Positions 30,685-41,947 of a DNA stretch of 64,000 nt are shown piece after piece. Location of the stretch: the NCBI GenBank assembly GCA_963827655.1, contig CAWHCF010000049.1, positions 352,001 through 416,000 on the forward strand, given 5' to 3'. Every line of letters starts with the position of its first letter. Position 1 is the stretch's first letter. Source of the stretch: an uncultured Acidobacteriota bacterium. GTDB taxonomy: Bacteria > Acidobacteriota > UBA6911. The notes under the pieces are model-generated. The model saw nothing but the letters and a program-made list of their open reading frames with translations. It did no database searches and was not told the origin of the DNA. The position numbers were made by a program, and so were the translations under genes.

Positions 30685-33600
30685 ATGCCCATGAGCGATG
30701 ACGCCGACGGCGTCATGAACCGCGGCGCCGGTAGACCGCCGACCGACGAAGCCGAGGTGCGGGCAGCCGTCGAGCGAGCGCATGCGCTCCTCGGCGGCGC
30801 GGCCGGCCGTCGACGCCGACGACGTCGAGGCGCGCCTTACTCGCATCGGCGAGATGATCCGCCTGGCCAGGCGCCTGGAGCGGCCCGGCGGGCAGGACCA
30901 GGTGGCACGAGCGCTCGTCGAAAACGCACGGGCAGCCGCGATGGATCTGGCGCAGCGTCTCGACCTCGACCAATTCTCGGAACGCGCGAGGGATGGAACG
31001 GCCTCGATCGATGACTTCGCCGGGCTACGGCGGCGCATCGACCACACCATACGCGTGTCCAGACACCTCGAGTATTTCGGTGAGCGAACTCACGCACGGA
31101 CACTGTTGGCCAGCGCGCGGGTCGCTGCCATCAATCTCGCTGTTGACATCCTTCGCGGCGCCGGGAGCACGCCAGGCGAGACCTTGGCCCTGGCTAAGCT
31201 CCTCGACCGCCTTGACGAGTTCAACTTCGCGTGGAGGATTCTCGACAAGGCCCGCGAGCATCGTGACTTCGGCAGAGAGCCCGGCGAGCGGATCCGGATC
31301 GTCCAGAAGCGGGCACTCTACACATACAAGGATGTCACCCAGCCTCTCGGCAAGCGGCTCGACGAGGCGCTGACATTTCTTGAGAACGAGGCAGAGCTGA
31401 AGACAACGACAGATCAGGAGACGCTCGGCCTGGCGGGGGCTATCCACAAGCGGAAATGGGAGCTCACCAAGAACGACCGCCACCTGAACGACTCGTACGC
31501 CTATTACCATAAGGGATACGCCCAGAAGCCGTGGAAGGATCAGGGGTATACGAGCATCAACGCCGCCTACCTCCTGGACTTGCTCGCCCAGGCGCATCGA
31601 GCCCTGCCGGAGCAGGCCGAGGCACACCGTCATCGGGCAGACGAGATCAGGGCGGAGATCATCTCCGTCGTCCCCGAGATGCCGAAGCAGCCCGGTCAGG
31701 AGTGGCTGGAGGACATGTGGTTCTTCTACAGCACGGTCGGCGAGGCGTACTTCGGCCGTGGCGATTTCGACAAGGCTCACCTGTGGCTGGTGACCAAGCC
31801 GGAGCTGCGCGGTGTGCGCCCGCCGGACTGGGAGTTCGAGACGACGGCGCGACAGCTTGCCGAATTGGTGCGGATCCGAAATCCCGACGTCGACTTCGCG
31901 TCGACGCCGGCATGGATGGCCTTCAGGCAGTTCCTCTCTGAAAGCCCGCTCGGCGGGGGAGGCGACGTGAGCAGCGAGGCTGTGGGGCGGCTCGCCGACG
32001 GCAAGGCAGGCCTGGCCCTCTCAGGCGGCGGTTTTCGCGCTTCTCTCTTTCACATCGGCGTCCTCGCTCGACTCGCCGAGCTGGACGTGCTCCGCCGCGT
32101 CGAGGTCCTGTCGTGCGTCTCAGGAGGTTCCATCGTCGGCGCCCACTACTACCTGGAGGTCAGAAAGCTCCTCAGTGAGAAGCCCGACCATCAGATTGAA
32201 AAGAAGGACTACATCGAGATTGTCCAGCGTCTCGAGAAGGAGTTCCTCACCGGTGTGCAGACCAACATCCGCATGAGCGTGGTCACCGAGGCTAAGGCAG
32301 TCCGGCGGATGCTCCACCGGAGCTATTCGCGGACGGTGCGCCTGGGAGAGCTCTACGAGGAGCAGCTCTACTCGCGCGTCGCCCCCATCGAGGGCGAGAA
32401 GGTGGATGCGGACAACGGGGTGCGCGAGCGTTACATGCATGAGCTGGCGATCCACCCCAAGCTCGCGAAGGGTGGTCAATGGACCGACTTTGCGCCAAGG
32501 AATCACAACTGGCGGCGCGAGGCCAAAGCCCCGATCCTTATTCTAAACGCCGCCGCCCTGAATACCGGTCACAACTGGCAGTTCACGGCCAGCTACATGG
32601 GCGAGGCGCCCGCCACCATTCACCGTGAGATCGACAGCGTCTCGCGGCTGCGTCGCAAGTACTACACAGATGCCCCTCACAGCGCGGCCGCTCCACAGAA
32701 GGTGCGGCTCGGCGCCGCGGTGGCCGCGTCATCCTGTGTGCCCGGTTTGTTCGAGCCCTTGGTGTTCGCGGACATGTACGAGACGCGAGGCAGCGGGCAG
32801 CCCATCGACGTCACGCTCGTCGACGGCGGCGTCTGCGACAATCAGGGCGTGGCCGGTCTCATCGAACAGGATTGCACCGTCCTGCTCGTCAGTGACGGGA
32901 GCGGCCAGATAGACGCGCTGGACGCGCCAAGCGCCAGGGCGCTGATGGTGGCCTTGCGCACGAACGGGATCTTGCAGTCGCGTGTCCGCGGCACCCAGTA
33001 CCGCGAGCTGGATGCGCGGCGCGGCGCCCTGATGCTGAACGGGTTGATGTTCGTCCATCTTAAGAAGGACCTCGACAACCAACCGGTAGACTGGAAGGAC
33101 TGCCCTCCGGAGTTGAGGCTCCGCGCTCCCGATGATCGTGAGGTGCTGACCAAGTACCGAATCTCGAAGGACGTACAGCGGCGGCTGGCCGCCATCCGCA
33201 CCGATCTCGATTCGTTTTCCGATCAGGAGGCCTACGCCCTGATGCTGAGCGGCTATCGGATGACCGAGTATGAGTACGCGAACAGATTCGCTCCCGTGGC
33301 CGCGGCCCCCGAGCCGCAGGCCTGGCGCTTTCGTGCGATCGAGCATGCGATGACGCGGCCGGGTGAAGCTCAGGACTACCTCAACACGATCCTCGACGCC
33401 GGGAGCAGCCTCGCCTTCAAGGTCTGGAAGCTCGATGCGCGGCTCCGGAGCCGCGCGCAGCGCCTGAAGCAGCTGGTAGTCGCGGCTGGCGCGGTCGCCG
33501 GGCTCGTCACCTTGCTCGTGCTGGCCGCTCTGCTGCAGGCCGTGTGGTCACTGTTGGGGGGTGGCGCCTCGGTGTTGCCGGCCGCCGCGCTGACGGGGCT

Positions 33601-33853
33601 CGGTGCGATCGTCACCGTGGTGGCGGTGGTGGTCGTCCTCGGGTCGCTGTTCGCCCTGCTGTTCTATGCGGTGAGGCTGCGAGGGAAGGGCGACGCCGTG
33701 GCTCATTTCGCAGTCGGCGCGTTGCTGCTGTTCGTCGGCGGTCCGGTGGCGCGACACCACATGAGGAAGTACGAGCCAGCGTACCTGGAGCGGGGAAGCA
33801 TCCGGAAGCTGCCCGGTCCGTCCAGGGCCGCGTTTAGAACTGCCGCGCGCTGA
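30685..33853 (+). CDS. TPR (DUF4071/TPR-S-like) + patatin-like phospholipase + C-terminal TM helices (5' frameshift)
   Basis: AAAGGAG RBS; ETLGLAGAIHKRKWE, YTSINAAYL, WEFETTARQL; LALSGGGFRA, SCVSGGS, DGGVCDNQG; hydrophobic C-terminus. Confidence 0.85.
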
Positions 33854-34100
33854 TCTCGATTCCCCGGCGCGGATGCCGTCCGGTCGCGGGTCCCTTCGAG
33901 CGTCTTCGGGTATAGCAGGAGTCAACAATGAGTCACCCGGTCAAGCACAACATCCCGTACGCGGAGAGCGACAAGGGAGCGCTACGCCCGATTGAGTTAG
34001 CGTCTCGAAGCGCACCTTGAATTGCTTGGCTGCTCTTAGAACTTCGTGAGGCCTCACGGGGCGCTTAAATTCGGAGTCGAGTTCAGAAACATATAAAGAA

Positions 34101-35426
34101 TTATTTCGAGTGCTCTAGTAGCTTCCTCTCAATTTCATCCGCCCAACGAACCTCGTCGTTTCGCTGTTTGCGCGCTTCTCGGATAAGACCCAAGTTTCTC
34201 GCCGTGGTTGCTGGTTCCCAGGATTCCCGTATTAAGGTCAGCGCAACAGTTAATGAGCTAGTCGCTTGTTGTTGATCTTTGGCTAAGACCGCCAACTCAA
34301 CCAGAGTGGCATAATCCCAGTAATCAGGCTTACCCGTCGCGATACGACGCTCAACCGCGTACGCAACAACCGGGACCAGCCTTTGCTGGCGCGTATCCGG
34401 CGGTTCCCTCAGCTCCATCAATGTAACGGCATTGATTCCAGGGTAAGCGTCTCGCCAGTCAGCCTCGAATCCTTGGAGATAGGTTTCTATGGCCTTTTCC
34501 AGCAGGCTCTTTGCGACTGATATGTCCTTTCTTTTTGATGCTTCCTCCCATTGATCTTTGTAGATACGCCCAAGAATGCTGCAACTTTCGCTGCTGGGCC
34601 CTCGCTTTTCAATCAACTCCTTTAAAGTCTCTTCGGCTTGGCGTCTCTCGCCGAGGCGATTGAGCGCGAGGGCGAGCTGTTCTTGCACCATGACGGTTGA
34701 CGCCAAGGGTCGTGACATTTTGTTTACTAGATCGGTCATTTCCTTCCAGGCCTGAACAGCGCGATAGGAAAGAAGGAGATCAATAACCACTCCAGTGTCA
34801 CAATGTTCAATGTTGCCAAGCTCGGCTTCTATTGCGCGCAGCGCTTCAATGTTTTTACCTTTCCGCGCCGCCGCAAGTTGAGCTTTCCTCTCTGGCGAGT
34901 ATGCTACTACTTCTCGGAAGACGTCAGTTTTCGTGTGGGCAATACCAGGGTAATTTTCCACCAGCTCATAGATCGAACTGCCAGGAGCCGACTCTCGAAC
35001 TTCTTTCAATTGAAAAGCCAGCGCAGCCTTAGCACCCTGAACGTCTTTCAGAGATCCGTTGGAAGTTAGCGCGTAGGTTAAGGTCCGGAGCGTACCGTGG
35101 TCAAGGGTCACGCCGCTCGCCTCGGAAAGGATGACCACCGTAGAGTTCGGACGCACTGCATCCCGCGCACCCAGCTCATAGATCGCGTTGGCATTGGCTG
35201 TCGTCAGGTCCACGACCGCGTACTCGCAAAGAATAGCTTGCTCAACCATAGGCTTGTGAATCATTCCCCCGATCACCGGCTCATCGGGCCGAATCGCCTC
35301 GAGCCCCGCTTCTTTTATTGCAGGCGCCACCAGGTCTCGATAAATCCCTTCAAAATCGATCGTGAACCCCTTTCCGTCGGCTTTCTGGCCATAGGGCATA
35401 AAAACAAAGCAAAGTGGTCGACTCAT
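34101..35426 (-). CDS. DUF4071 / MAP3K TRAFs-binding-like protein: N-terminal NDT/deoxyribohydrolase-like domain + TPR
   Basis: CFVFMPYG, DLTTANANAIYELGAR; LSYRAVQAW, LGRIYKDQW, YPGINAVTL, DYWDYATL, WEPATTARNL. Confidence 0.85.
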   Translation of the reverse strand: MSRPLCFVFMPYGQKADGKGFTIDFEGIYRDLVAPAIKEAGLEAIRPDEPVIGGMIHKPMVEQAILCEYAVVDLTTANANAIYELGARDAVRPNSTVVILSEASGVTLDHGTLRTLTYALTSNGSLKDVQGAKAALAFQLKEVRESAPGSSIYELVENYPGIAHTKTDVFREVVAYSPERKAQLAAARKGKNIEALRAIEAELGNIEHCDTGVVIDLLLSYRAVQAWKEMTDLVNKMSRPLASTVMVQEQLALALNRLGERRQAEETLKELIEKRGPSSESCSILGRIYKDQWEEASKRKDISVAKSLLEKAIETYLQGFEADWRDAYPGINAVTLMELREPPDTRQQRLVPVVAYAVERRIATGKPDYWDYATLVELAVLAKDQQQATSSLTVALTLIRESWEPATTARNLGLIREARKQRNDEVRWADEIERKLLEHSK

Positions 35427-35516
35427 AAAATCAGGACCCGTCTCCCTGCACCTCGGCTGAAAAACACCGACGGCTATGAAAACCCGTGCTCTCTCGAGCC
35501 ACCTGACAATTCGTCT

Positions 35517-36786
35517 TTAAAGCTCCCAATTCAACACGCGCCGACGGTAAGGATAAGCGATGCGATGCAGAATACCTAACAACTCAACGTCATCGGAGTA
35601 AAAGAAGACCTGCTGATCGCGGAACATGAACGGAGGGCGACGGCGTGGCGATCGTGCAACCAAATAGAGTTTTGCATCAGCTCCCCGAGCGATACCAGCT
35701 TCTATGCAAGTGTTCAAGTTGTCTTCCGAGATGTCTGAGGCCACCATCGATGCCTTCGCGATTCGCTCAATAATGGTCTGCTGGATCTGGCCCTCGCGAA
35801 TATCATCGCCCACAACACACGGAGTTCCCGTGACGCGCTGAAGAATCTGTTTGATGACCTGATTCCGCACTCGGTTTTGATCGTCGAAATTGGTGGAGAG
35901 AAAAGTATAGTGGGGCCGTGGAGGTCGTTTCCATTCATCAGAGATCCACTCAATGCCTTTGCGCAAGCTATTCGCAACTGTGCTGTTGAAACCTCCGTCT
36001 GAAGGCGCGACCCGTATTAGACGTTGCATCGAGCCCTCGGTTACCTGAACACTCGGTTCCGCGATAACAAGGCAAGGCAGGCCGAGCGCTCCAGCAATCT
36101 CAATTTCCTGTAGCATGTACTTTGAAGTCTCACCGTTACCACGATCTGGAAGGATGGCGACCAGTCCCCCACAGCTCGAAATGATGCTCTGAATCCGAGT
36201 TGCCTCGACTCCTGGCCAATCCTTCGAGTCACCAACAAGCCTGAAATCAGCCTGGGCGAGAACTTCTTTGCATATACCGTCGGCCAGGGACGACTCACTT
36301 TCTCTCCACGTTCGACTGACGTAGACGTCACGGGTTTTTTCGAAATCCAGATCCACTTCGTCGTAATACAGATCCGCGAGAAACTGACCATAGGTGACCA
36401 CTTCTCTCTTATCTTGGACAAGGTCAACCCACTTGGTCGTTTGCAGGAACCCGGGCACTTGGCATTCGTCAATGCGCACTGGAATAACGCGAAAATCTTT
36501 GAGTTGCGTCCGCTGGCCAATCGCCGCTTCATACTCCTCTCTGACCCAACCCGAATTGATAGAAGCGCTCGATAATACGATGATCATGGAACGGCATTGA
36601 GTGACGGATTCCGCGAGTCGTGTCGCGATGGTAGCGCCGGCGGGTAGATGGCGGGCGTCGTACCAGATCGGAATTCCTGATACCTCACTCAGCCACTTAT
36701 GCAGACCGTCAACAAATGACTTGTCGGCATGCGCGTGGCTAAGAAAGGCACAGAACTTGCGCTTGTTTAATGGCAGTTCCCGCCAA
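35517..36786 (-). CDS. TIR domain protein with C-terminal nucleoside deoxyribosyltransferase-like domain
   Basis: AAGGAGG RBS + TTG; in-frame upstream AFLSHAHADK..IWYD..; LSSASINSGWVREE; second TIR-like SRTW..SKYMLQEIEIA; SDISEDNLNTCIEAGIARG. Confidence 0.8.
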
Positions 36787-36914
36787 AATGTCCCTCCTTG
36801 AACTCAAGTATGTCCAGAAAGTCTACTGTCGATGCCGCAAATTCGAGCTCGAAGATGCCGAATATAGCAGTACTGTTCTTGATGTGCGATCAGTATTTCC
36901 GTGGGCTAATTTCC

Positions 36915-36970
36915 TTGGAGTGCGGTAGCAAGCTTGCTACTGCCTTAGGTCGGCGAAGCTTGCTTCGCCG
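36915..36970. repeat. Palindromic REP-like element (TTGGAGTGCG..CAAGCTTG..); related copy at 38666-38725
   Basis: Shared TTGGAGTGCG head and AGCTTGCT-centred hairpins in both copies. Confidence 0.6.
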
Positions 36971-37305
36971 ACGCCAAACCTTACAGGCGGTGCGAGCGCA
37001 TGAACCGGGAGCTTTTTCAACGCGCTCTGATGACCCGTTCCACAGACCCAATCTTTCACAGCTTCTCAGGGCGGGGATCTTGAAGACTCCCCTGACACGA
37101 GGTCCGAAGGACCGGCGCGCCGGCTGTGTCGCAGCTTTGGCGCTCTTCTTGACCAGCGCGGACGGCCGGCGAACTTGATTCGGCATCCACCTCTTTTGAC
37201 CAACCCGAGAGTGTTTGACATCGACCGGCGAAATAGCTAACCTCAATACGCTTTCACAGGCCGAATTCCAATTGACGACTCATTGGCACTTGCCGCGGAG
37301 GTCTT

Positions 37306-38655
37306 ATGAACCGTCGCCAGTTTCTCGAAGGAACCGCTGCCGCGAGCGTGGCAGCGACTCTATCAAGGCCGGGTGCCTCAGTCGCGAGCCCGAACGATAT
37401 GGTAAACGTGGCTATCGTCGGAATTCGAGGCGAAAGCCAGGGGCAGCCGACGTGGACCCGGCTCGGCCGAGGGCAGGATCACTACGCCGGCCTATCGCAT
37501 GTGAAGAACGCCCGGATTACGCACGTGGTCGACATCGACGAGCGCCACTTTGCGACGGTGCTTCCCAAGCTCCGGTCACGGTGGGGCGGGGATCCGAAGA
37601 CCGAGACCGACATTCGGCGCATCCTGGATAATCGCGATGTCGACGCCATCACGATCGCGGTTCCCGATCACTGGCACGCGTTGATGACGGTCTGGGCCTG
37701 CCAGGCGGGCAAGGACGTTTATGTCGAGAAGCCGGTGTGCCACAACCTCTTCGAAGGCCGCAAGATGGTCGAAGCGGCGCGAAAGTACAAGCGCGTTGTG
37801 CAGGCGGGCACGCAGCGCCGCAGCAACCAGCTTACGAAAGAAGCGGTAAAGTTCCTCCAGTCCGGAGGGCTGGGGAAGCTGTACGCCGCACGCTGCTCCG
37901 TGCTGCGGCCGCGCGACCCGATAGGACACAAGGTCGACGGTCCCGTTCCAGAGGGAGTCCACTACGACCTTTGGCTGGGGCCCGCGCCCCTACGCCCCTT
38001 CAACGAGTTGCGCTTCCACTACACCTGGCACTGGTTTTGGGACTACGGTGACGCGGACCTGGGGAACAACGGTGTGCACGTGCTCGACATCCTGCGCTGG
38101 GCGATCGGCAAGCGGGAGCATCCGCGCCGTATCCACTGCACGGGCGGGCTGTTCGACAAGGGCGCACCCACCGACCAGGAGACCCCGAACACCCAGTACG
38201 TCACGTTCGAGTATGCCGACGGCACGAACCTGCGCTGCGACGTGCAGGGCTGGTACGGCGGGAGCGACGGAGGCGGGAGTTTCATCTATGGCACCGAGGG
38301 TTGGATGGATCTCGGCGGCAGGGAAGGCCCCCGGATCTTCTTGGGACGCAAGAATGAGCCCGGGCCCGACCTGCGCAAGCTGGCCGGGGGCGGTCAGGGC
38401 GATGACGAGGGTCCCGACCCGCACTTCCAGAACTTCATCGAATGCGTCCGGTCGCGCAAGTGGCAGGAACTGGCCGCCGACATCGAAGAGGGGTACATGT
38501 CAACCGCGCTGTGTCACCTGGGAAACATCTCCTACCGGCTCAAACGCCCGCTGGTCTTCGACGGGCGCAGCGAGCGCTTCCCGGACGACGCGGAGGCCAA
38601 CCGGTTCCTCACTCGCGAATATCGCCGGCCGTTCGTCGTCCCCGAGAAGGTGTGA
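37306..38655 (+). CDS. Tat-exported Gfo/Idh/MocA oxidoreductase
   Basis: MNRRQFL; PDHWH, GKDVYVEKP, GTQRRS, YDLWLGPAP. Confidence 0.92.
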   Translation: MNRRQFLEGTAAASVAATLSRPGASVASPNDMVNVAIVGIRGESQGQPTWTRLGRGQDHYAGLSHVKNARITHVVDIDERHFATVLPKLRSRWGGDPKTETDIRRILDNRDVDAITIAVPDHWHALMTVWACQAGKDVYVEKPVCHNLFEGRKMVEAARKYKRVVQAGTQRRSNQLTKEAVKFLQSGGLGKLYAARCSVLRPRDPIGHKVDGPVPEGVHYDLWLGPAPLRPFNELRFHYTWHWFWDYGDADLGNNGVHVLDILRWAIGKREHPRRIHCTGGLFDKGAPTDQETPNTQYVTFEYADGTNLRCDVQGWYGGSDGGGSFIYGTEGWMDLGGREGPRIFLGRKNEPGPDLRKLAGGGQGDDEGPDPHFQNFIECVRSRKWQELAADIEEGYMSTALCHLGNISYRLKRPLVFDGRSERFPDDAEANRFLTREYRRPFVVPEKV

Positions 38656-38670
38656 CGGCTCGCTTTTGGA

Positions 38671-39570
38671 GTGCGCAAGCTTGCTAAGCTTGCTTGCGCC
38701 TTGTGTTGCGGCAGCTTGCTGCTGCAGCACGGAATCGCTAGACTCCAGGCGCTTTCGCCATTCCAGATACGTTATCGTAATTGCGAAAGCATCCCTGCGC
38801 CGAAGAAAAAAGCCTTGAGCCGTCAGCCGTCCGAGCCCGATGTCCTCCGCTGCGATTTCTGTGGTAAATCGCAGTCTGACGTGAGGAAATTGATTGCCGG
38901 GCCGCACGTCTACATCTGCGACGAGTGCGTGGAGATATGCGTTGAAATCCTGGGCGACGAAGGCGTGAACGTCACGATCGTCCCAGAACCAACAGTCAAG
39001 AATGAGAGGATCCCGGACCATACCATACTCTGGCGCAGATTGGACCAGGCGGGCCATGAGTCAGCGCGGCTGTCCTATCGAGATTTCTCCTGGCATCTGA
39101 ACGGAACGTCGGTGTTTGCGCATCAACAGCAGCCGTGCCGGCTCGACTACCTGGTGATCTGCAACCGGAAATGGCAGACCGTGTTCGGGCGGGTTAACGG
39201 CTGGGTCGGGGACCGGCCCATCAATATCGAAATCTCGGCGGACACTTCACGACGCTGGCAGCTCAACGGGAAAGAGAATCCCGAAGTTGAGGGGTGCATC
39301 GACCTGGACCTTAACTTCAGCCCGTCGACCAACCTGCTTCCGATTCGACGGCTGGACCTGGCGGTCGGAAACGAAGCCAACGTACGGGCAGCCTGGCTTC
39401 GCTTTCCCGCTTTCACGTTTGAACCACTCGACCAGCTCTACCGCCGTACGGATCGCGCGACCTACCATTACGAAAGTGGGGGTGGCGCCTTCGTCGCTGA
39501 ACTCAGGGTGAGTGAGGCAGGGTTCGTCACGCATTACTCAGACTTTTTTGAGATCGTCGCGCCGTCATAG
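38671..39570 (+). CDS. ClpX C4-type zinc finger fused to putative glycolipid-binding domain (start uncertain)
   Basis: [30 protein letters not shown]; then [31 protein letters not shown]. Confidence 0.75.
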   Translation: MRKLAKLACALCCGSLLLQHGIARLQALSPFQIRYRNCESIPAPKKKALSRQPSEPDVLRCDFCGKSQSDVRKLIAGPHVYICDECVEICVEILGDEGVNVTIVPEPTVKNERIPDHTILWRRLDQAGHESARLSYRDFSWHLNGTSVFAHQQQPCRLDYLVICNRKWQTVFGRVNGWVGDRPINIEISADTSRRWQLNGKENPEVEGCIDLDLNFSPSTNLLPIRRLDLAVGNEANVRAAWLRFPAFTFEPLDQLYRRTDRATYHYESGGGAFVAELRVSEAGFVTHYSDFFEIVAPS

Positions 39571-39633
39571 CCAGTCCACCGGCTCTCGGACGCGGCACGA
39601 GATCGTCCTGTTCGTGCCTCAACGCCACACAAA

Positions 39634-39915
39634 ATGCCCGTACGAGCAAAACAGATCAGAGTTCACGGCAGAGTCCAGGGCGTGGGGTTTCGTTATTTTG
39701 TGCAACGGGCCGGCAACCGCCTCGGTCTCACAGGGAATGTGCGCAATTGCCCGGACGACACCGTGGAGATCGTGGTGGCAGGTGACCCAGAATTGATAGA
39801 AGAATTCTTGAAGGAGGTCACCAAGGGGCCGCCACTCTCCAGGGTCGAGCGTCTTGAGATCAACGACGTAGCTCCGGTCGAGAAGTTCCGAAGTTTTCAA
39901 ATTGAGGGATGGTGA
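39634..39915 (+). CDS. acyP: Acylphosphatase
   Basis: VHGRVQGVGFR, G.VRN.PD..VE, GPPLSRV. Confidence 0.93.
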   Translation: MPVRAKQIRVHGRVQGVGFRYFVQRAGNRLGLTGNVRNCPDDTVEIVVAGDPELIEEFLKEVTKGPPLSRVERLEINDVAPVEKFRSFQIEGW

Positions 39916-40433
39916 TCATGCGAGATCTGAAAGCGGCGATCCGCCAGATTCCTGATTGGCCCCGCAAGGGAATTCTCTTTTACGACGTGACTACTCTCCT
40001 CAAGGACGGGCAATGCTTTCGGCAGGTCGTTGATGCTCTGGTAGCCCCATTTCAGGATAAACCGGTGGAGGTGGTCGTCGGAATTGAGGCCCGCGGATTC
40101 ATCTTCGCGCCGACCGTGGCCTACGGCCTCAATGCGGGTTTTGTTCCTGTGCGGAAGCCGGGGAAACTGCCGGCGCCGACTCACCGAGCCGTGTACCAGC
40201 TCGAATATGGGACCGATAGCCTGGAGATCCATCAGGATGCGATTCAGCCGGGACAAAGAGTCTTGATTGTGGATGACCTCATCGCCACCGGAGGTACGGC
40301 GAAGGCGGTCGCCGACCTGGTTCAGGTGATGGGAGGAATTGTCTTGGGATTCGCTTTCCTGGTCGAGCTTGAATTTCTGAATGGGCGCGACAGGCTGGCG
40401 GATTACCAGATCACGAGCGTTCTGAAATACTGA
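39909..40433 (+). CDS. apt: Adenine phosphoribosyltransferase
   Basis: IPDWP..GILFYD, EARGF, RKPGKLP, LEYG, VDDLIATGGT. Confidence 0.95.
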   Translation: MVIMRDLKAAIRQIPDWPRKGILFYDVTTLLKDGQCFRQVVDALVAPFQDKPVEVVVGIEARGFIFAPTVAYGLNAGFVPVRKPGKLPAPTHRAVYQLEYGTDSLEIHQDAIQPGQRVLIVDDLIATGGTAKAVADLVQVMGGIVLGFAFLVELEFLNGRDRLADYQITSVLKY

Positions 40434-40461
40434 AGGTTGAAGACCCGAAGCGGGAGCCTCC

Positions 40462-41886
40462 ATGCCGGAGTTTCATGCCGAACCTTATGTCTACCTGGCT
40501 GGACTGACTCACAAAGCGGCGCTCATTGCGTGGGGAGGTTTCTACTTCCGAGTCCGAGATCAAAAATCGGATGGAAGTTGGAAACTCGTAGACGACCGTG
40601 ACCTGGAACATGTTCACCCGCCCCGGCGCGAAAGCATCGGGGCGAGGTCGGAGCCGTATGGGCCGGCTAAGGTCGAAGTTTTTGATGCCTCCGGAACGCT
40701 GGTTTCATCGGCTGAAACCGCCACGACCAACCACGTCTGGGTTCCAGGACTCGCACCCGACACGGAATACACCTATCGCGTCATTGTGAATGGCGAAGTT
40801 TGGGGAGACGGCGAGCGCCGCGACTGGGTCACTGGTTCGGACGGTCAAGGTCTGGTCCGCACCGGCCGGAGGTACGAGAATCGTTTCCGAACTCATCCCC
40901 ATCCGGAGGAATCCGCCTCGCTGACGTTCGCAGTGCTGGGCGACTTCGGAACCGGCGTTCGCAAATCGTCCAAGCCGGAGAAGAGACAACGCGAGGTGGC
41001 ACGGGCGCTCGACCGGGCCATCGATGAAAGAGGAGTGCGCCTGATCATCACAACCGGTGACAACATCTATGCCGGCAAAACCTTTCTCGGGTTGCCCGTG
41101 GGGGCCACGGGCGACGAAGACGATGACTGGTTTTTCACTTTCTATCAGCCCTACCGATACATCATCAATCGCATTCCGGTTTACCCTTCCGTGGGCAACC
41201 ACGACAGCAACGAATCGGAAGCGAGCGACGACCGCCAGCAACTGATCGACAATTTCTATCTTGCGGAGCGTTTTTCGGGCGAAGAAGCAGCCGGTCGAGC
41301 GTCCATAAACCCCGGCCTCTTTTACCGCTTCCACTATGGCGCCGAAATCGAGTTCATCTGCATAGACACGTCGCGGCAGTCGAGCCTGTTCTCAAAACGG
41401 TTTTTCGAGCATCCGAATCACATCGCGTTCGTGGAAGCATCATTTCCCGCATCGGGCGCCGCGGCCAGCGACTCGCCGGCCTGGCGCATCCCTTTTTCAC
41501 ACCACCCTCCATATTGTGCGGGCCCTCGACATTTCAATTCGCGCTCGATGATCGAGAAGCTCGTGCCGTTGTTTGAACGCGCGGGAGTCCGGGCTGCCTT
41601 CAGCGGACACGAGCACAATTTTCAGTATTCGCGCGCGGGCAAGATTCACTACTTCGTCACGGGCGCCGGGGGCAAGGTCCGGCTCGAGACGCCTTCAGAG
41701 TTCAGCAAGGCGCAAACGTCCGCATGGGCGAGCGCCGGCCATTTCTTACTCGTGGAGGTGGACCGACGGCAAATGATCGTGAGTCCGATCGGAGAAATTG
41801 GTTCAGACGACACTCTGTCAAACCTGCGCATCGTGAGCCCGGACAATCAGGCCATAACGACGCCAATCATCATTCCCCGGGCATGA
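40462..41886 (+). CDS. Purple acid phosphatase-like metallophosphoesterase with FN3-like N-domain
   Basis: GDFG, GDNIY, GNHD, HHPPY, GHEH. Confidence 0.88.
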   Translation: MPEFHAEPYVYLAGLTHKAALIAWGGFYFRVRDQKSDGSWKLVDDRDLEHVHPPRRESIGARSEPYGPAKVEVFDASGTLVSSAETATTNHVWVPGLAPDTEYTYRVIVNGEVWGDGERRDWVTGSDGQGLVRTGRRYENRFRTHPHPEESASLTFAVLGDFGTGVRKSSKPEKRQREVARALDRAIDERGVRLIITTGDNIYAGKTFLGLPVGATGDEDDDWFFTFYQPYRYIINRIPVYPSVGNHDSNESEASDDRQQLIDNFYLAERFSGEEAAGRASINPGLFYRFHYGAEIEFICIDTSRQSSLFSKRFFEHPNHIAFVEASFPASGAAASDSPAWRIPFSHHPPYCAGPRHFNSRSMIEKLVPLFERAGVRAAFSGHEHNFQYSRAGKIHYFVTGAGGKVRLETPSEFSKAQTSAWASAGHFLLVEVDRRQMIVSPIGEIGSDDTLSNLRIVSPDNQAITTPIIIPRA

Positions 41887-41947
41887 CGCCGAGCGCACGG
41901 GCTCGAGCGTTTTCGAGGGCAGGGGGGATGATTTCGAGACAGCTCAT

